A stretch of DNA of 64,000 nt, taken from the NCBI GenBank assembly GCA_963843575.1, contig CAWJKZ010000025.1, forward strand, positions 32,001 through 96,000, in the 5' to 3' direction. Both the position numbers and the translations under genes were made by a program. Under the pieces are notes generated by a model that was not told where the DNA came from, ran no database searches, and saw nothing but the letters and a program-made list of their open reading frames with translations. This DNA is from an uncultured Acidobacteriota bacterium (GTDB lineage Bacteria > Acidobacteriota > UBA6911). Each line of letters begins with the position of its first letter. The stretch's first letter is position 1. Positions 21,947 through 32,056 of this stretch are shown in pieces.

Positions 21947-22915
21947 ATGAATACAAGGCGTGGCTTCCTGGCAGTCGTCGGATCGGCGCTGCTGTCCATT
22001 CTGAGCCTGGGCGCGGCGGCGGAAGCGCAGGGCCGAAAGATCCCGGTTGTCCTTGACACGGACATCGGCGACGACATCGACGATACGTGGGCGCTTGCGT
22101 TGCTGCTCAACTCGCCCGAGTTGGATCTGAAGCTGGTTACGACCGACTACGGCAACACGGAGTTCCGCGCTAAAATTGCCGCGCGTCTGCTCGAAATCGC
22201 GCGCCGGACCGACGTCCCCGTCGGCATCGGCATCAAGACGAGCGACTCGGTGGGAGCGCAGGGTCCCTGGGTCAGGGATTACGACTTGGCCCGCTACCCG
22301 GGCAGGGTCCAGCGCGACGGGGTGCAGGCCCTGATCGACGTCGTCATGAAGTCCCCGGAGCCGGTCACCCTGATATGCATCGGGCCGGTCCCCAACATCA
22401 AGGCTGCACTTGAGCGCGAGCCGGCGATAGCGCGCCGGGCGCGCTTCGTGGGCATGCAAGGGAGCGTGCATCGCGGCTACGACGGCGCCGCCCAACCCTC
22501 GGCCGAGTACAACGTCAAGTGCGATCCGGACGCCTTCCGCCGCGCGCTCGCCTCGCCGTGGAGCGTCACGATCACACCGCTGGACACCTGCGGCCTCGTG
22601 CGCCTCGACGGCGAAAAGTACGCGGCCGTTCGCAACTGCAGCCGCCCGCTCGCCCGTGCCGTCATCGAGAACTACCGTATCTGGTGCGGCGACAATCCGC
22701 AGAGCGCCGACACGGCGAGCTCCGTGCTGTTTGACACGGTCGCGGTGTACCTGGCGTTGTCGGAGGACCTGCTCGTCATGGAGAATGTGGGCCTGAAGGT
22801 GACCCAGGACGGTTTCACCACGATCGACACCCAGGGAAAGAAGACCCGCTGTGCGGTCCGCTGGAAAGACCTCCCTGGCTTCCAGTCCTTTCTCGCGCGT
22901 CGGTTGTGCAGGTAG
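21947..22915 (+). CDS. Tat-exported inosine/uridine-preferring nucleoside hydrolase family protein
   Basis: MNTRRGFL Tat motif, VLDTDIGDDIDDTWAL, IGPVPN, AEYNVKCDP; GGAGG RBS. Confidence 0.88.
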   Translation: MNTRRGFLAVVGSALLSILSLGAAAEAQGRKIPVVLDTDIGDDIDDTWALALLLNSPELDLKLVTTDYGNTEFRAKIAARLLEIARRTDVPVGIGIKTSDSVGAQGPWVRDYDLARYPGRVQRDGVQALIDVVMKSPEPVTLICIGPVPNIKAALEREPAIARRARFVGMQGSVHRGYDGAAQPSAEYNVKCDPDAFRRALASPWSVTITPLDTCGLVRLDGEKYAAVRNCSRPLARAVIENYRIWCGDNPQSADTASSVLFDTVAVYLALSEDLLVMENVGLKVTQDGFTTIDTQGKKTRCAVRWKDLPGFQSFLARRLCR

Positions 22916-23234
22916 GCCGGCAGGTCCCGAGAGCCGGGGGGATACCCCGGCGCGGTTGGGCAGGCTGAGGCCCGCCGTCACTAGAATCAGGCTGATCCCG
23001 GGCAGCTTCTGATATGATCGTCCTGCCGCATACCTCGAAGTGTGATACATCCCGGCGGCTCGCGCTGCGGAGCCGGGCGGGGGTTTTCGCGACCGACACA
23101 GCCGGGCGAGAGCGAGGGGCTCGCAACGGAATTGGCCGCCGTGACTATTCCTGCCGCGAGGAGAGCCGATGGACGACGTGCGTCTCCGGCTGCGGCACTG
23201 ACAAATTGGGAACAACGTACCCCTGGAGGAAGTC

Positions 23235-24134
23235 ATGCGTAAGTCGACTGTTCATCTCATCCTTTTCTGCATGGTCATCGGCCTGGTCGTCACACTCGCG
23301 ACCAGCCAGGAAAAGAAGGTCAATGTAATCGTCTTCGGGGCTCACCCGGACGACGCCGACGGACGTGCGGGCGGCGTAGCGGCGAAGTGGGCCGCGCTTG
23401 GGCACAAGGTGCAACTCGTTTCCTTGACTAATGGAGACGCCGGCCACCAGAGCCAGGGGGGCGGGGCCCTGGCGATCCGGCGGAGAGCCGAAGCGGCCGA
23501 GTGCGGCCGCCGGCTGGGCGTGGAGTACATCACCTTCGACAACCACGACGGCGAGCTGCTGCCGAGCCTGGAGGTGCGGCAGCAGGTCATCCGCGCCATC
23601 CGCAAGTGGAACGCCGACCTCGTGATCGGCCCTCGTCCCAACGATTACCACCCCGACCACCGCTACACCGGGATACTGCTGCAGGATGCCGCGTACATGG
23701 TGACGGTGCCTAATGTCTGTCCCGACACCCCGTCGTTGCGCAAGAATCCCGTGTTCATGTACAGCCAGGACGGTTTCCAGAAACCCGCCCCGTTCAGCCC
23801 GGATGTCGCGGTGGCGATCGACGACGTCGCCGAAAAGAAGATCTACGCCGCCGACGCGCACGTCTCCCAGATGTACGAATGGCTGGCCTGGCATGCCGGG
23901 AAGATCGACAGCGTCCCGAAGGATCCGGCGGCCAGGCTGGAGTGGCTTCGCAACGACCGCGGCAGGGGAGGGGTCAGCGCGGCCGTACGCGCCTCGCTCG
24001 AGAAACGGTACGGCAAGGAGACCGCTGCGGGCGTGAAATTCGCCGAATCCTTCGAGCTCTGCGAATATGGCAGCCGGCCGAACGAGCAGGAGATTCGCCG
24101 GTTGTTCCCGTTCTTCCCGGCACAACTGAGGTAA
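23235..24134 (+). CDS. Exported PIG-L/LmbE family deacetylase
   Basis: GAHPDDAD, LTNGDAG, RRAEA, DYHPDHR; signal peptide. Confidence 0.88.
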   Translation: MRKSTVHLILFCMVIGLVVTLATSQEKKVNVIVFGAHPDDADGRAGGVAAKWAALGHKVQLVSLTNGDAGHQSQGGGALAIRRRAEAAECGRRLGVEYITFDNHDGELLPSLEVRQQVIRAIRKWNADLVIGPRPNDYHPDHRYTGILLQDAAYMVTVPNVCPDTPSLRKNPVFMYSQDGFQKPAPFSPDVAVAIDDVAEKKIYAADAHVSQMYEWLAWHAGKIDSVPKDPAARLEWLRNDRGRGGVSAAVRASLEKRYGKETAAGVKFAESFELCEYGSRPNEQEIRRLFPFFPAQLR

Positions 24135-24138
24135 TAGC

Positions 24139-24178
24139 GAAGCCGGAAGCCCGAAGCCGGAAGAAGGAAGCCGGAAGG
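24139..24178. repeat. Heptamer tandem repeat (GAAGCCG)n
   Basis: GAAGCCG GAAGCCC GAAGCCG GAAGAAG GAAGCCG GAAG; reverse-complement version at 33584-33609. Confidence 0.6.
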
Positions 24179-24222
24179 ACGGGGACCTGCGTGGGTCACG
24201 GCCTTCCGGCGGTCCCGGGCGG

Positions 24223-25032
24223 TCAGGATTCGGTTGCCGTGTTGAAGCTCAGGCAGGCCTGGCCCAGGTAGATCTCGTCGCCGGGGGCCAGACGGATGCC
24301 GCGGGGGTTGCCCGAAGGCACTTCGATCGAGCGGCCGTCGCGGAACACGCGCGTGCCGTAGCGGCTCACCTCGTCGATGATGCGATACTCGCCCTTGCCG
24401 GCTTCGAAGAAGATCGTCGCGTGCGCGCGGCCCACGGTGGCGTTGACGTCGTCGCCGTTGTCGAGGAACACGATGTCGTTTTTCCGCACGACCTGTCCCT
24501 CCTTGTCGAGCACTTCCTTGAGCCGCCCGATCTTGATGCGTTCCCTCTGGAGCTGGTAGACGGGCTGCTCCGCCTCGCCCTTCAGGATCGTGAACTCCAC
24601 CCCGGGCGCCGCGCGCCTTTCGGGGCGCGGGCGGCGTTCTGCGCGGGAGCAGTCGATTTTGAAAGGCTTCGCCGCTTCCGCAGCGGGGTCAGGCACCCGG
24701 AAGTCGACGACGACATCCACTTCCCCGCCACGCAGGTCGCAGTTCGACTCGAGCAGCAGTTGTCGGATATCGTGCGCAAGGGAATCCTCCTCCACGAACG
24801 CGGCGGCGAGGACATCGCGCGCCTCTCCTTCGGGCGGCGCGAGCAGGTGCACCTCGATCTTGTCGAATGGGAAGACCCGGCGGCCCCCGCGGCTGACGAT
24901 GCGGTCTTCCACGTGCTCGAAGATGGCCCGGCGCGTTTCCAGCGGCGTCTGCGCGGCACCCGCGCCGAAGGCATGGTCGATGCGGGCCTGGATCTTCTGC
25001 TCGGTCCTGAGCAGCTTGTCGAGAAAACTCAT
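24223..25032 (-). CDS. FhaA-like protein (DUF3662-like N-terminus plus C-terminal FHA domain)
   Basis: IKIGR...VGRAHA...SRYGTRV...LAPGDEIYLG FHA motifs; start overlaps the upstream stop (ATGA). Confidence 0.8.
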   Translation of the reverse strand: MSFLDKLLRTEQKIQARIDHAFGAGAAQTPLETRRAIFEHVEDRIVSRGGRRVFPFDKIEVHLLAPPEGEARDVLAAAFVEEDSLAHDIRQLLLESNCDLRGGEVDVVVDFRVPDPAAEAAKPFKIDCSRAERRPRPERRAAPGVEFTILKGEAEQPVYQLQRERIKIGRLKEVLDKEGQVVRKNDIVFLDNGDDVNATVGRAHATIFFEAGKGEYRIIDEVSRYGTRVFRDGRSIEVPSGNPRGIRLAPGDEIYLGQACLSFNTATES

Positions 25033-28000
25033 CGTTCACTCCGGTCGAATAATCCGAGCCGCTGGGCGGCGTTGGCGATGTCTGCAGCCACGGGCGCGGC
25101 CACGCGGCCGCCGTACCGGCCGTTTTCGAGGATGACGGCGAACGCGATCTTCCTGCCCGCCGGTGCGGTTGTCCCGTACGGGGCGAATCCGATGAACCAG
25201 GCGTGCGACGGCCGATCGCGCAGTTCCGCAGTGCCGGTCTTGCCCGCAATGGGCACCGCGGCGGCCGCGGCGGTCCGCCCGGTCCCCTCGGTCACCACGC
25301 CCCGCATGTACTGCGCCAGGAGGCGCGCGTGTTCGGGTGGCATCACCTTGCTCCCGGCGGGCGCCTGTTCGACGGGCACCCAGCGTACCGAGTGCACGAT
25401 CCCCTCCTCGGCGATGCCGGCGGCAACCCTGACCATCTGCAGAGGCGTGGCCACCACCTGCCCCTGGCCGTAAGCAGCCTGGGGGAGCGCTTCCTGCAGC
25501 TGCTTTGCGGTCTCGGGCGACGCCGCGCGAATGCCGAATTCACGGGACATCCGGAGCAGTCTCTCGGCGCCGACGACGTAGGTGCCGAGCTGGGCGAAAT
25601 AGGCGTTACAGGAGTGGATGATGCCCTTGGACATGTTCACCGTCCCGTGCGGCACCTTGTCCAGGATGTCGTCGCGGATGGGGCGCCCCCAACCCCGCAC
25701 GTAGTTGCCGATGCGCCCGTCGGGCAGCCTCTTGCACTCGAAGGTCTCGTTTTCCACGTTGTCGCGCACCTGGAGCGCGGCGCTCGCGGTCACCAGTTTG
25801 AACGAGGATCCCGGCGGGTACAGGCCGTAGCGCGCCCGGTCGAGCAGGCTGTCGCGGAACCCGGACACGTCCGCGGTCTCGTCGCCGGTCGACAGCAGGT
25901 GAACAGCCTCAGCCGCCCCTTTCCAGGGATAGGTCACGGAAGCGAGCAGATCGCCGGTCAGCGGGTCGATCACGATGGCCGCCCCCTTCTCCACCCCGTT
26001 GTTGCGGACGTGGCGATCGAGGATGTCCGCCGCCGCCTTTTGCAGCCGCACGTCGAGGGACAGATGTACGTCGCGGTCGCGCCGGAGGATGCGCTGCACC
26101 TGCTCGTGCTCCGGACGGTAGCGGTAGCGCACCAGGGGTATGAGCTCGCGCAGGTCCCGGCGCAGCGCCGGATGTCGGGCGCCGCCCGGCGTGTCGTCGA
26201 CCTCGACCGTGGTAGCGCGGTCGTCGTACCCCTGCAAGGTTACGTTGTAGTCGCGTTCGACATACGACGTGTTGGGCGCGGCCCAGTTGAGCCGGGTGGG
26301 CAGGTCCCCCAGGATGTGGAACGTGAGGGCCCCGAACGGGTAGCCTCGCGCTGATCCCGCAGCACCAAGCTCGGCGGGGTCGACCCCCAGACGCTCGTAT
26401 TCGTCGCGGTGCCCCTCCAGCTCCGTCGCCGAGCTGACCGCGAGCGGTATGCCGTTGCGGTCGAACACGCTGCCGCGCGGAATGACCTCGCTCGCCTCCA
26501 CCACCCGGGGATTGTACATGTAACGCCGGTGACCATCGGCCTGCGGGACCAGGGCGCCCGTGCTCATGGTCTGCCCAGTCCCGAACACCTGGACCCGCGC
26601 GGCCTGCACCACGACGGCCGCCGCCACGACGCCGAACGCCACGACCGCCCAACGGACAGGTTTCCGGAACGGCTCGTTGCGTCCTACAGCAGACGGGCGT
26701 GCCGAGATCGCCAACAGGATACCCAGGATGGCGAAGTTCATCACGGCCGAGGACTTGCCATAGTTCAGGAAGGGCGTGACCACGCCCGAAAGCGGCACGA
26801 GCCCGAGGACGCCCCCCGAGATCAGGGCGACTTGAAGCCCTGTGAGCAGGGTGAAGCCAATCCCCAGAAAAAACGTGTAGTGCCCGGGGGCAGCCAACGA
26901 AAGCCTCAGGCCACGGTGCAGGAAGACGCCATAGAGCAGGTAGATCAGGACAAGCCCGAGGAAACCCAACTCCTCGCCGGCCGCCGCGAGGATCAGGTCC
27001 GTGTGCACGGCGGGAAGGGATTCGGGCTCCCCGAGGCCCAGCCCGGCGCCCCAGAGTCCGCCCGAGGCAAATGTCCAGAGGGACTGGGCCAGGTGGTCGC
27101 CGCCGGGACGGACGTAGTTGTCGAAGGGCGACAGCCAGATGCTCACGCGGGAAACGACGGTGCGGGGGAAGCTCAAGTGGTAGCCCACCGCGAACGCCGC
27201 CACCAGGATTCCCAGCCCGACCGCAGCGGCTACGGCTCGGCCGCGGGCGATCGCGTACAGCGACAGGAACACGGCCAGGAATACCAGGGCCGGGCCGAGG
27301 TCCTTCTGCAAAAAGAAAAAGACCACGGCCAGGCCGGCCGCCGCCGCCACGGGAAGCGCGTACTTCAGGCGCGGGATGTCGAAGCCGCGCAGCCACCCGG
27401 GGACCACGGCCGAGCGTTCCCGCATTTCGCGGAAGAACTCCCATCGGTTCGCGAAGTAGCCCGCGAGAAAAAGCACCAGCAGGACTTTGATCAGCTCGAC
27501 GGGTTGGACCGATAGGGGGCCGAGCCTGAGGTTCACTTTGGCGTCGCTGACCCCCGGTCCCGACCCGAAGACCAGCAGGATCACCGAGGCGACGAAGCTC
27601 AGCAGTAGCGGGACGTACGCGAGGCGGCGCAGCGCCCCGCGCTCGTAGTCCGGCAGGCTGCACGCGAGCAACACGAGGCAGCCGAGGGCCACTCCCACGG
27701 CAAAATCGGGAAACAGGAGGTCCTCCCGGAGCGGGTCGCGGAGCCTCACCATCAGGATGAAACCCAGCCCGCTGATCAGCATGGCTATCGGCAGCAGGAT
27801 CCGGTCCCCCGTAAAATCCCGGTAGGACCAGAAACCGTGAATCAGGAAAAACGGCGCGAGGAACAGCAGGCCGTACAACACGAGCTCACGGCAGAACCGT
27901 TCCGGGGAGCGGACCACGACCCGGGGTCTCAGCAGGCGCAACTGCGCGCCGGTGAAAAGCGGAACCGACACGCTCTCTCCGGGCCGGGTCTGTTTGCGCG

Positions 28001-28418
28001 CATCCTGCAGGCGTGCGACGAACCAGGATAGACCCCGAGCCCTGCGGATCTGGTCCGCCGCAACGCGGACACGTCGGAGTTCGGCGACGCTGGCCAGCGG
28101 GCCGGCGCCGAGACGCTCGAAAACACGGCGCGCCGCGAAGTGGCGGTCCTCGGGATCGGGTAGAAACGAAAGGACGGACAGCAGTTCGCCGGCGCTGCGC
28201 ACCGCGTTCAGGTTGAGCGGCGGTGCGGCCAGAGCCGATTCCGCTCCAGCCTCTATCGAGGTGCGTGCCCCGTGGACCAGCCAGAGTCCCGAAAGCACGA
28301 CGAGGGACGCCGCCAGCAGCAGGTAGAGCTCTATCCGTCGACCGGCGACGCCGGTCCCTCCGCGGTGCAGCCCGGGCGACATGGCCCGGCCTGCGGCGGA
28401 ACTCCGTGTTATGGCCAT
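25029..28418 (-). CDS. SEDS glycosyltransferase (FtsW/RodA) fused to a class B penicillin-binding transpeptidase
   Basis: SEDS motifs QPVELIK, QKDLG, HTDLILAAAGEELGF, GVVTPFLNYG; PBP motifs RGSVFDRNG, PGSSFK (SxxK), SCN (SxN), KTG; a single 1129-aa ORF. Confidence 0.92.
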   Translation of the reverse strand: MAITRSSAAGRAMSPGLHRGGTGVAGRRIELYLLLAASLVVLSGLWLVHGARTSIEAGAESALAAPPLNLNAVRSAGELLSVLSFLPDPEDRHFAARRVFERLGAGPLASVAELRRVRVAADQIRRARGLSWFVARLQDARKQTRPGESVSVPLFTGAQLRLLRPRVVVRSPERFCRELVLYGLLFLAPFFLIHGFWSYRDFTGDRILLPIAMLISGLGFILMVRLRDPLREDLLFPDFAVGVALGCLVLLACSLPDYERGALRRLAYVPLLLSFVASVILLVFGSGPGVSDAKVNLRLGPLSVQPVELIKVLLVLFLAGYFANRWEFFREMRERSAVVPGWLRGFDIPRLKYALPVAAAAGLAVVFFFLQKDLGPALVFLAVFLSLYAIARGRAVAAAVGLGILVAAFAVGYHLSFPRTVVSRVSIWLSPFDNYVRPGGDHLAQSLWTFASGGLWGAGLGLGEPESLPAVHTDLILAAAGEELGFLGLVLIYLLYGVFLHRGLRLSLAAPGHYTFFLGIGFTLLTGLQVALISGGVLGLVPLSGVVTPFLNYGKSSAVMNFAILGILLAISARPSAVGRNEPFRKPVRWAVVAFGVVAAAVVVQAARVQVFGTGQTMSTGALVPQADGHRRYMYNPRVVEASEVIPRGSVFDRNGIPLAVSSATELEGHRDEYERLGVDPAELGAAGSARGYPFGALTFHILGDLPTRLNWAAPNTSYVERDYNVTLQGYDDRATTVEVDDTPGGARHPALRRDLRELIPLVRYRYRPEHEQVQRILRRDRDVHLSLDVRLQKAAADILDRHVRNNGVEKGAAIVIDPLTGDLLASVTYPWKGAAEAVHLLSTGDETADVSGFRDSLLDRARYGLYPPGSSFKLVTASAALQVRDNVENETFECKRLPDGRIGNYVRGWGRPIRDDILDKVPHGTVNMSKGIIHSCNAYFAQLGTYVVGAERLLRMSREFGIRAASPETAKQLQEALPQAAYGQGQVVATPLQMVRVAAGIAEEGIVHSVRWVPVEQAPAGSKVMPPEHARLLAQYMRGVVTEGTGRTAAAAAVPIAGKTGTAELRDRPSHAWFIGFAPYGTTAPAGRKIAFAVILENGRYGGRVAAPVAADIANAAQRLGLFDRSER

Positions 28419-28544
28419 ATCAGCGTTCTTCGAGGTTCTTCGGGCGCGTCTTGAAGCCTCGGAGGCGGAGCGGTGGGACTCATCTCCGGGACCACAAGGA
28501 CCGAAGCATCGCCGGGTTCATTCCCCATTTCCAGCTTCACCGTG

Positions 28545-30407
28545 TTAGAGGCGCTTCCACCATCTCCATGAGAAAATGGAGCCGGGGGGATCGACCTGGT
28601 CGAGCCGTTCCTGAACCTTGTCGAGGGCATCCTGCACCTGCCGGATCTGGTTGGTGCTGTCTCCCCACGGCACGATCTCGGAGTAGATCGAGAGGGCGTT
28701 TTCCAGGTCGTCCTTCGCGCGCGAGAGCATGTCTTTCTCCTGCGGCTGGTCGCGCAACCGCGCGGCGCCCTGCCAGAACTGCATGCCCCGGCTCTTGAAC
28801 GCGTCGGCGCGTTGCGCCTGCTCCCGCTTCCCAGGCTTGTGTCCGAGCGACTCCGCCCGCTCCAGCTCGCTGGTACCCCGGTCGAAATCCCGCAGCGAGT
28901 AAATGTAAACGCGTGCCATCCCCAGGTGCGGGTCGGGCCACTTCGGGTCGAGAGCGGCCGCCCGCTGGAAAGCCGCCAGGGCATCGGAATCTTTCCGGTT
29001 TATCCTGAGGACGTGGCCGTCGGCATAAGACAGCATGGCCGCGGCCTTCCTGTCCGAGGGGTCCAGCTGCCGAGCATGCTGCATCAAGCGCTTGCAGCGG
29101 AGCCAGTCGCCTTCGCGCACCCGCGGGGCGTCGCTGTTCCTGTACTCGTCGGCCGTAGCCTGACACTGCTCGCAGAGGAGCCTTACGAGCGGCGGACGGA
29201 CCATGAGGGTGGGCAGCCCCGTCGGGCTGCTCTGCCTGAGCTGCTCGTAGCGGGTCCACGCGGTATCCCCGTCCACCTGGCCGCTTTCCAGGACGGTCTT
29301 GAGACGGCCGGCCTCCCGGTAGACCATACCTTCCCGGACCAACAGGGCCAGGAGCGCCAACCCCAGCACGGGGATCCCGATCTTCAGCCCTATCTTCAGG
29401 CGCCTGGTCCAGGAGGGTGACAGGGTACGTGTCCTGCGCGTCTCCGTGCCCGGTGCCGCCGCGGGGAGAGGCGCCGCCGGCGGGGGAGGTACCGCGGGGA
29501 TTGGCTCGGCCGGCTCGGTCCTGCGGGTCTCTTCGTTCTCGCGGGCAGCCTCGGTCGGGGCGCCGGCCAGAAAGGCGCGCAGATCGGCCTCGAAGTCCCT
29601 GGCGGTCGGATACCGCCGGGCTGCAGCCTGAGCCAGCGACTTGCACGCGATCTGCTGCAGCTCGAGCGGACACGCGTCGGGGAGCGGTTGCGGGGGCATC
29701 CGGGACCTTACGACACGCTCCAGGATTTCGGTGGATGGCGCCTCGAAGGGGGGCTTGCCGCCAAGCATCTCGTAAAGGACAACCCCGACCGACCAGAGGT
29801 CCGACATCTCGTCGATGCGGCCGGTGTCGAGCCGCTCCGGCGACGCATAGGACACGCTGCCGAAAAAATTGTTGGTGAGCTTCCGGGTCAGGGACAGCCC
29901 CTTGGCGATGCCGAAATCGAGCACCCGCACACTCCCGTCCGGGGCGATGCGGATGTTTTTCGGCTTGATGTCGCCGTGAACCACGGCGCGCAATTCCTTG
30001 CCGTCGACCTGGAGAGTGGTGCTGTGGGCGACGGCGAGGATCGCGCACAACTCCCCCGCGACCCGGGCGGCCTCACGAGGCTCCACGGGCCCATCTCGGA
30101 TCAGATCCGAGAGGTCCCGCCCCTCGACGTATTCCATGTCGATGAAGAAGAAATCGTCGACGTCGCCGCATTCGTGAATCCGGGGGATGCGGGGTTCCAC
30201 GGTCGAGAGTTCCGCCTGCAGTTGTGCCCCGAGCCTCTCGGCGGCCACGATCTCCGCACCGTCCTGGCCCGACCCGTGCTCGACCAGTTTCAGGGCAACC
30301 CGCCTGTCCTTACGCGTGTCGAGCGCGAGGTAGACGTCTGCCATGCCGCCCCGGCCGAGCTTTTCGAGTACCTGGTAGTCGCCGATGCTCTGAAGAAAAG
30401 TCTTCAT
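28545..30407 (-). CDS. Membrane-anchored Hanks-type Ser/Thr kinase with extracytoplasmic TPR-like domain
   Basis: LGRGGMADVY, VALK, HGDIKPKN, DFG, YASPE, DLWSVG; TM segment IGIPVLGLALLALLV. Confidence 0.9.
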   Translation of the reverse strand: MKTFLQSIGDYQVLEKLGRGGMADVYLALDTRKDRRVALKLVEHGSGQDGAEIVAAERLGAQLQAELSTVEPRIPRIHECGDVDDFFFIDMEYVEGRDLSDLIRDGPVEPREAARVAGELCAILAVAHSTTLQVDGKELRAVVHGDIKPKNIRIAPDGSVRVLDFGIAKGLSLTRKLTNNFFGSVSYASPERLDTGRIDEMSDLWSVGVVLYEMLGGKPPFEAPSTEILERVVRSRMPPQPLPDACPLELQQIACKSLAQAAARRYPTARDFEADLRAFLAGAPTEAARENEETRRTEPAEPIPAVPPPPAAPLPAAAPGTETRRTRTLSPSWTRRLKIGLKIGIPVLGLALLALLVREGMVYREAGRLKTVLESGQVDGDTAWTRYEQLRQSSPTGLPTLMVRPPLVRLLCEQCQATADEYRNSDAPRVREGDWLRCKRLMQHARQLDPSDRKAAAMLSYADGHVLRINRKDSDALAAFQRAAALDPKWPDPHLGMARVYIYSLRDFDRGTSELERAESLGHKPGKREQAQRADAFKSRGMQFWQGAARLRDQPQEKDMLSRAKDDLENALSIYSEIVPWGDSTNQIRQVQDALDKVQERLDQVDPPGSIFSWRWWKRL

Positions 30408-32053
30408 CGCGCTCCAGTCTTGACTACAGCGACGGCCCCATCCTTATTCGGCTTCGACCCCGTACCGAAATAATTGCCCATCATCCGTTCTCTCATGTGC
30501 TCCAGGCGCACACGGATGCCTTCGGCGGCGTTTCCCGAAATCATGTTGCGGAGGATGGCAGGCTCAGCGGCATCGACGACGTCGATGCCCGGAGCGGGCC
30601 GCCCGGCGTGGAAACCGTTCCCCCGGATAATGTTGCCGACCAGGTGTGGACGGGCCGTCCCGGCCACCACCACACCTGCCCCGGAGTTGTCGTAGATGTA
30701 GCTGCCGGTCAGGGCCGCCTTGGAATTGCCGCCGATCCACACGCCCGCACCCGAGGCCCCCGTAACCTCCACGTTGGTGATGCGCAGGTCCGAGTTCAGG
30801 ACCCGGATCCCCACAGGGAAAGCAGCTTCCGGACCCGCTCGGATCACCACGCCCGAAAGCTCAGCCTGCCTGATGCCGTCGGCGACGACCGCCGCGTCGT
30901 CGAGCGCCAGCGGATGAGAGACACGCACGACGACGTCGCCCGCGGACCGGGCCGCGATGCTGACGTTCTCCTTGAGCCTCAGAGGGCCCCGGTATTCGCC
31001 CGGCGCAACCACGATCCGGTCCCCGGGCCGCGCTTGCTCAAGTGCGTCCGTGATCGTCGTGTATTCGGCCCCCGAGGAGCCGACCGCCAGGGTCCTCGAC
31101 TCCGGGGCGCCTTGCACCGCAGCGACGGCTTCGGGCTGCGCCTGCTGCCGCCGCGCCTGCCACTCATGGAACACGATCGCGAGCAGCGCGCCGAGCGCCA
31201 CGCCCAGCAGGACGAACTTCCAGGCCGCACGGCGCCGCACCCTGACCACGGGGGTTTCCTCGGTCGGGGCAGCCGTCGAGCCGCGAAGGCTTGCCGCGAA
31301 AGCGTCCCCCTCGACGACGATGACGGAGACGTTGTCCTTGCCGCCCGCGGCGTTCGCCCGGCGTATGAGTTCGCGCACGCTCTCGCGGGGATTCCCCGCA
31401 TGGAGCTCGACGCTCTTCAGTACGTCCGAGGATGTAATCATGTCGGAAAGGCCGTCAGAGCAGAGCACCAGCACGGAATCGGGTTCGAACCGGGTTTGGA
31501 GGTACTCGACGAAGTCCGGGTCGTCGGGTTTGTGCGGCTGGGACCCCACGTCGCGAAACACCTCGTTGCGCCGGGGGTGCCGCATGGCCTCGAGTTCGGT
31601 GATTTCGCCGGCGTCCTCCCGCCTGCCCACGGGGGAGTGGTCCGGGGTGACCTTCCGGAGGGCGTGGTTGCGGGCGACATAGAGGCGGGTGTCCCCGACA
31701 TGCCCTATGTGCAGCATCCCATCTTCGATGACGGCGAGGGTGAGAACGCAGGCCATTCCCCGCCACTCGGGGTGGACCTGGGAGAGTCGGTACACCTCGT
31801 TGTTGGCCGCCGTGATCGCCTCGCGCACGCGCCGGGCGACGGTTCCCGTTTCCTGTTTCAGGCGCCTGACGATCCAGTCGAGCGCATTCTGCGCGGCTTC
31901 CTCGCCCGCCGCTTGTCCTCCCATCCCGTCGACCACGAGGAAGATCCCGCGCTCGGGGTCGCAGTGGACGCGGTCCTCGTTGTTCTCCCTCAGCTTACCG
32001 GGGTCTGTCTCTGCCCACGCGCTCCAGGTGACGCCCGTTCTCACGTTTGCCAC
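30404..32053 (-). CDS. PP2C/PstP-type phosphatase with TM segment and extracytoplasmic parallel beta-helix domain
   Basis: RENNED, VVDGMGG, HVGDTRLY, LCSDGL, GGKDN; then TM and YTTITDALEQARPGDRIVVAPGEY beta-helix start. Confidence 0.88.
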   Translation of the reverse strand: MANVRTGVTWSAWAETDPGKLRENNEDRVHCDPERGIFLVVDGMGGQAAGEEAAQNALDWIVRRLKQETGTVARRVREAITAANNEVYRLSQVHPEWRGMACVLTLAVIEDGMLHIGHVGDTRLYVARNHALRKVTPDHSPVGRREDAGEITELEAMRHPRRNEVFRDVGSQPHKPDDPDFVEYLQTRFEPDSVLVLCSDGLSDMITSSDVLKSVELHAGNPRESVRELIRRANAAGGKDNVSVIVVEGDAFAASLRGSTAAPTEETPVVRVRRRAAWKFVLLGVALGALLAIVFHEWQARRQQAQPEAVAAVQGAPESRTLAVGSSGAEYTTITDALEQARPGDRIVVAPGEYRGPLRLKENVSIAARSAGDVVVRVSHPLALDDAAVVADGIRQAELSGVVIRAGPEAAFPVGIRVLNSDLRITNVEVTGASGAGVWIGGNSKAALTGSYIYDNSGAGVVVAGTARPHLVGNIIRGNGFHAGRPAPGIDVVDAAEPAILRNMISGNAAEGIRVRLEHMRERMMGNYFGTGSKPNKDGAVAVVKTGAR

Positions 32054-32056
32054 GGG

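Noticed and set aside
23169-23201. Mini-ORF MDDVRLRLRH with a GAGGAG RBS upstream of the deacetylase
   Set aside because: No terminator/antiterminator or informative codon bias; cannot be distinguished from chance or a gene remnant.
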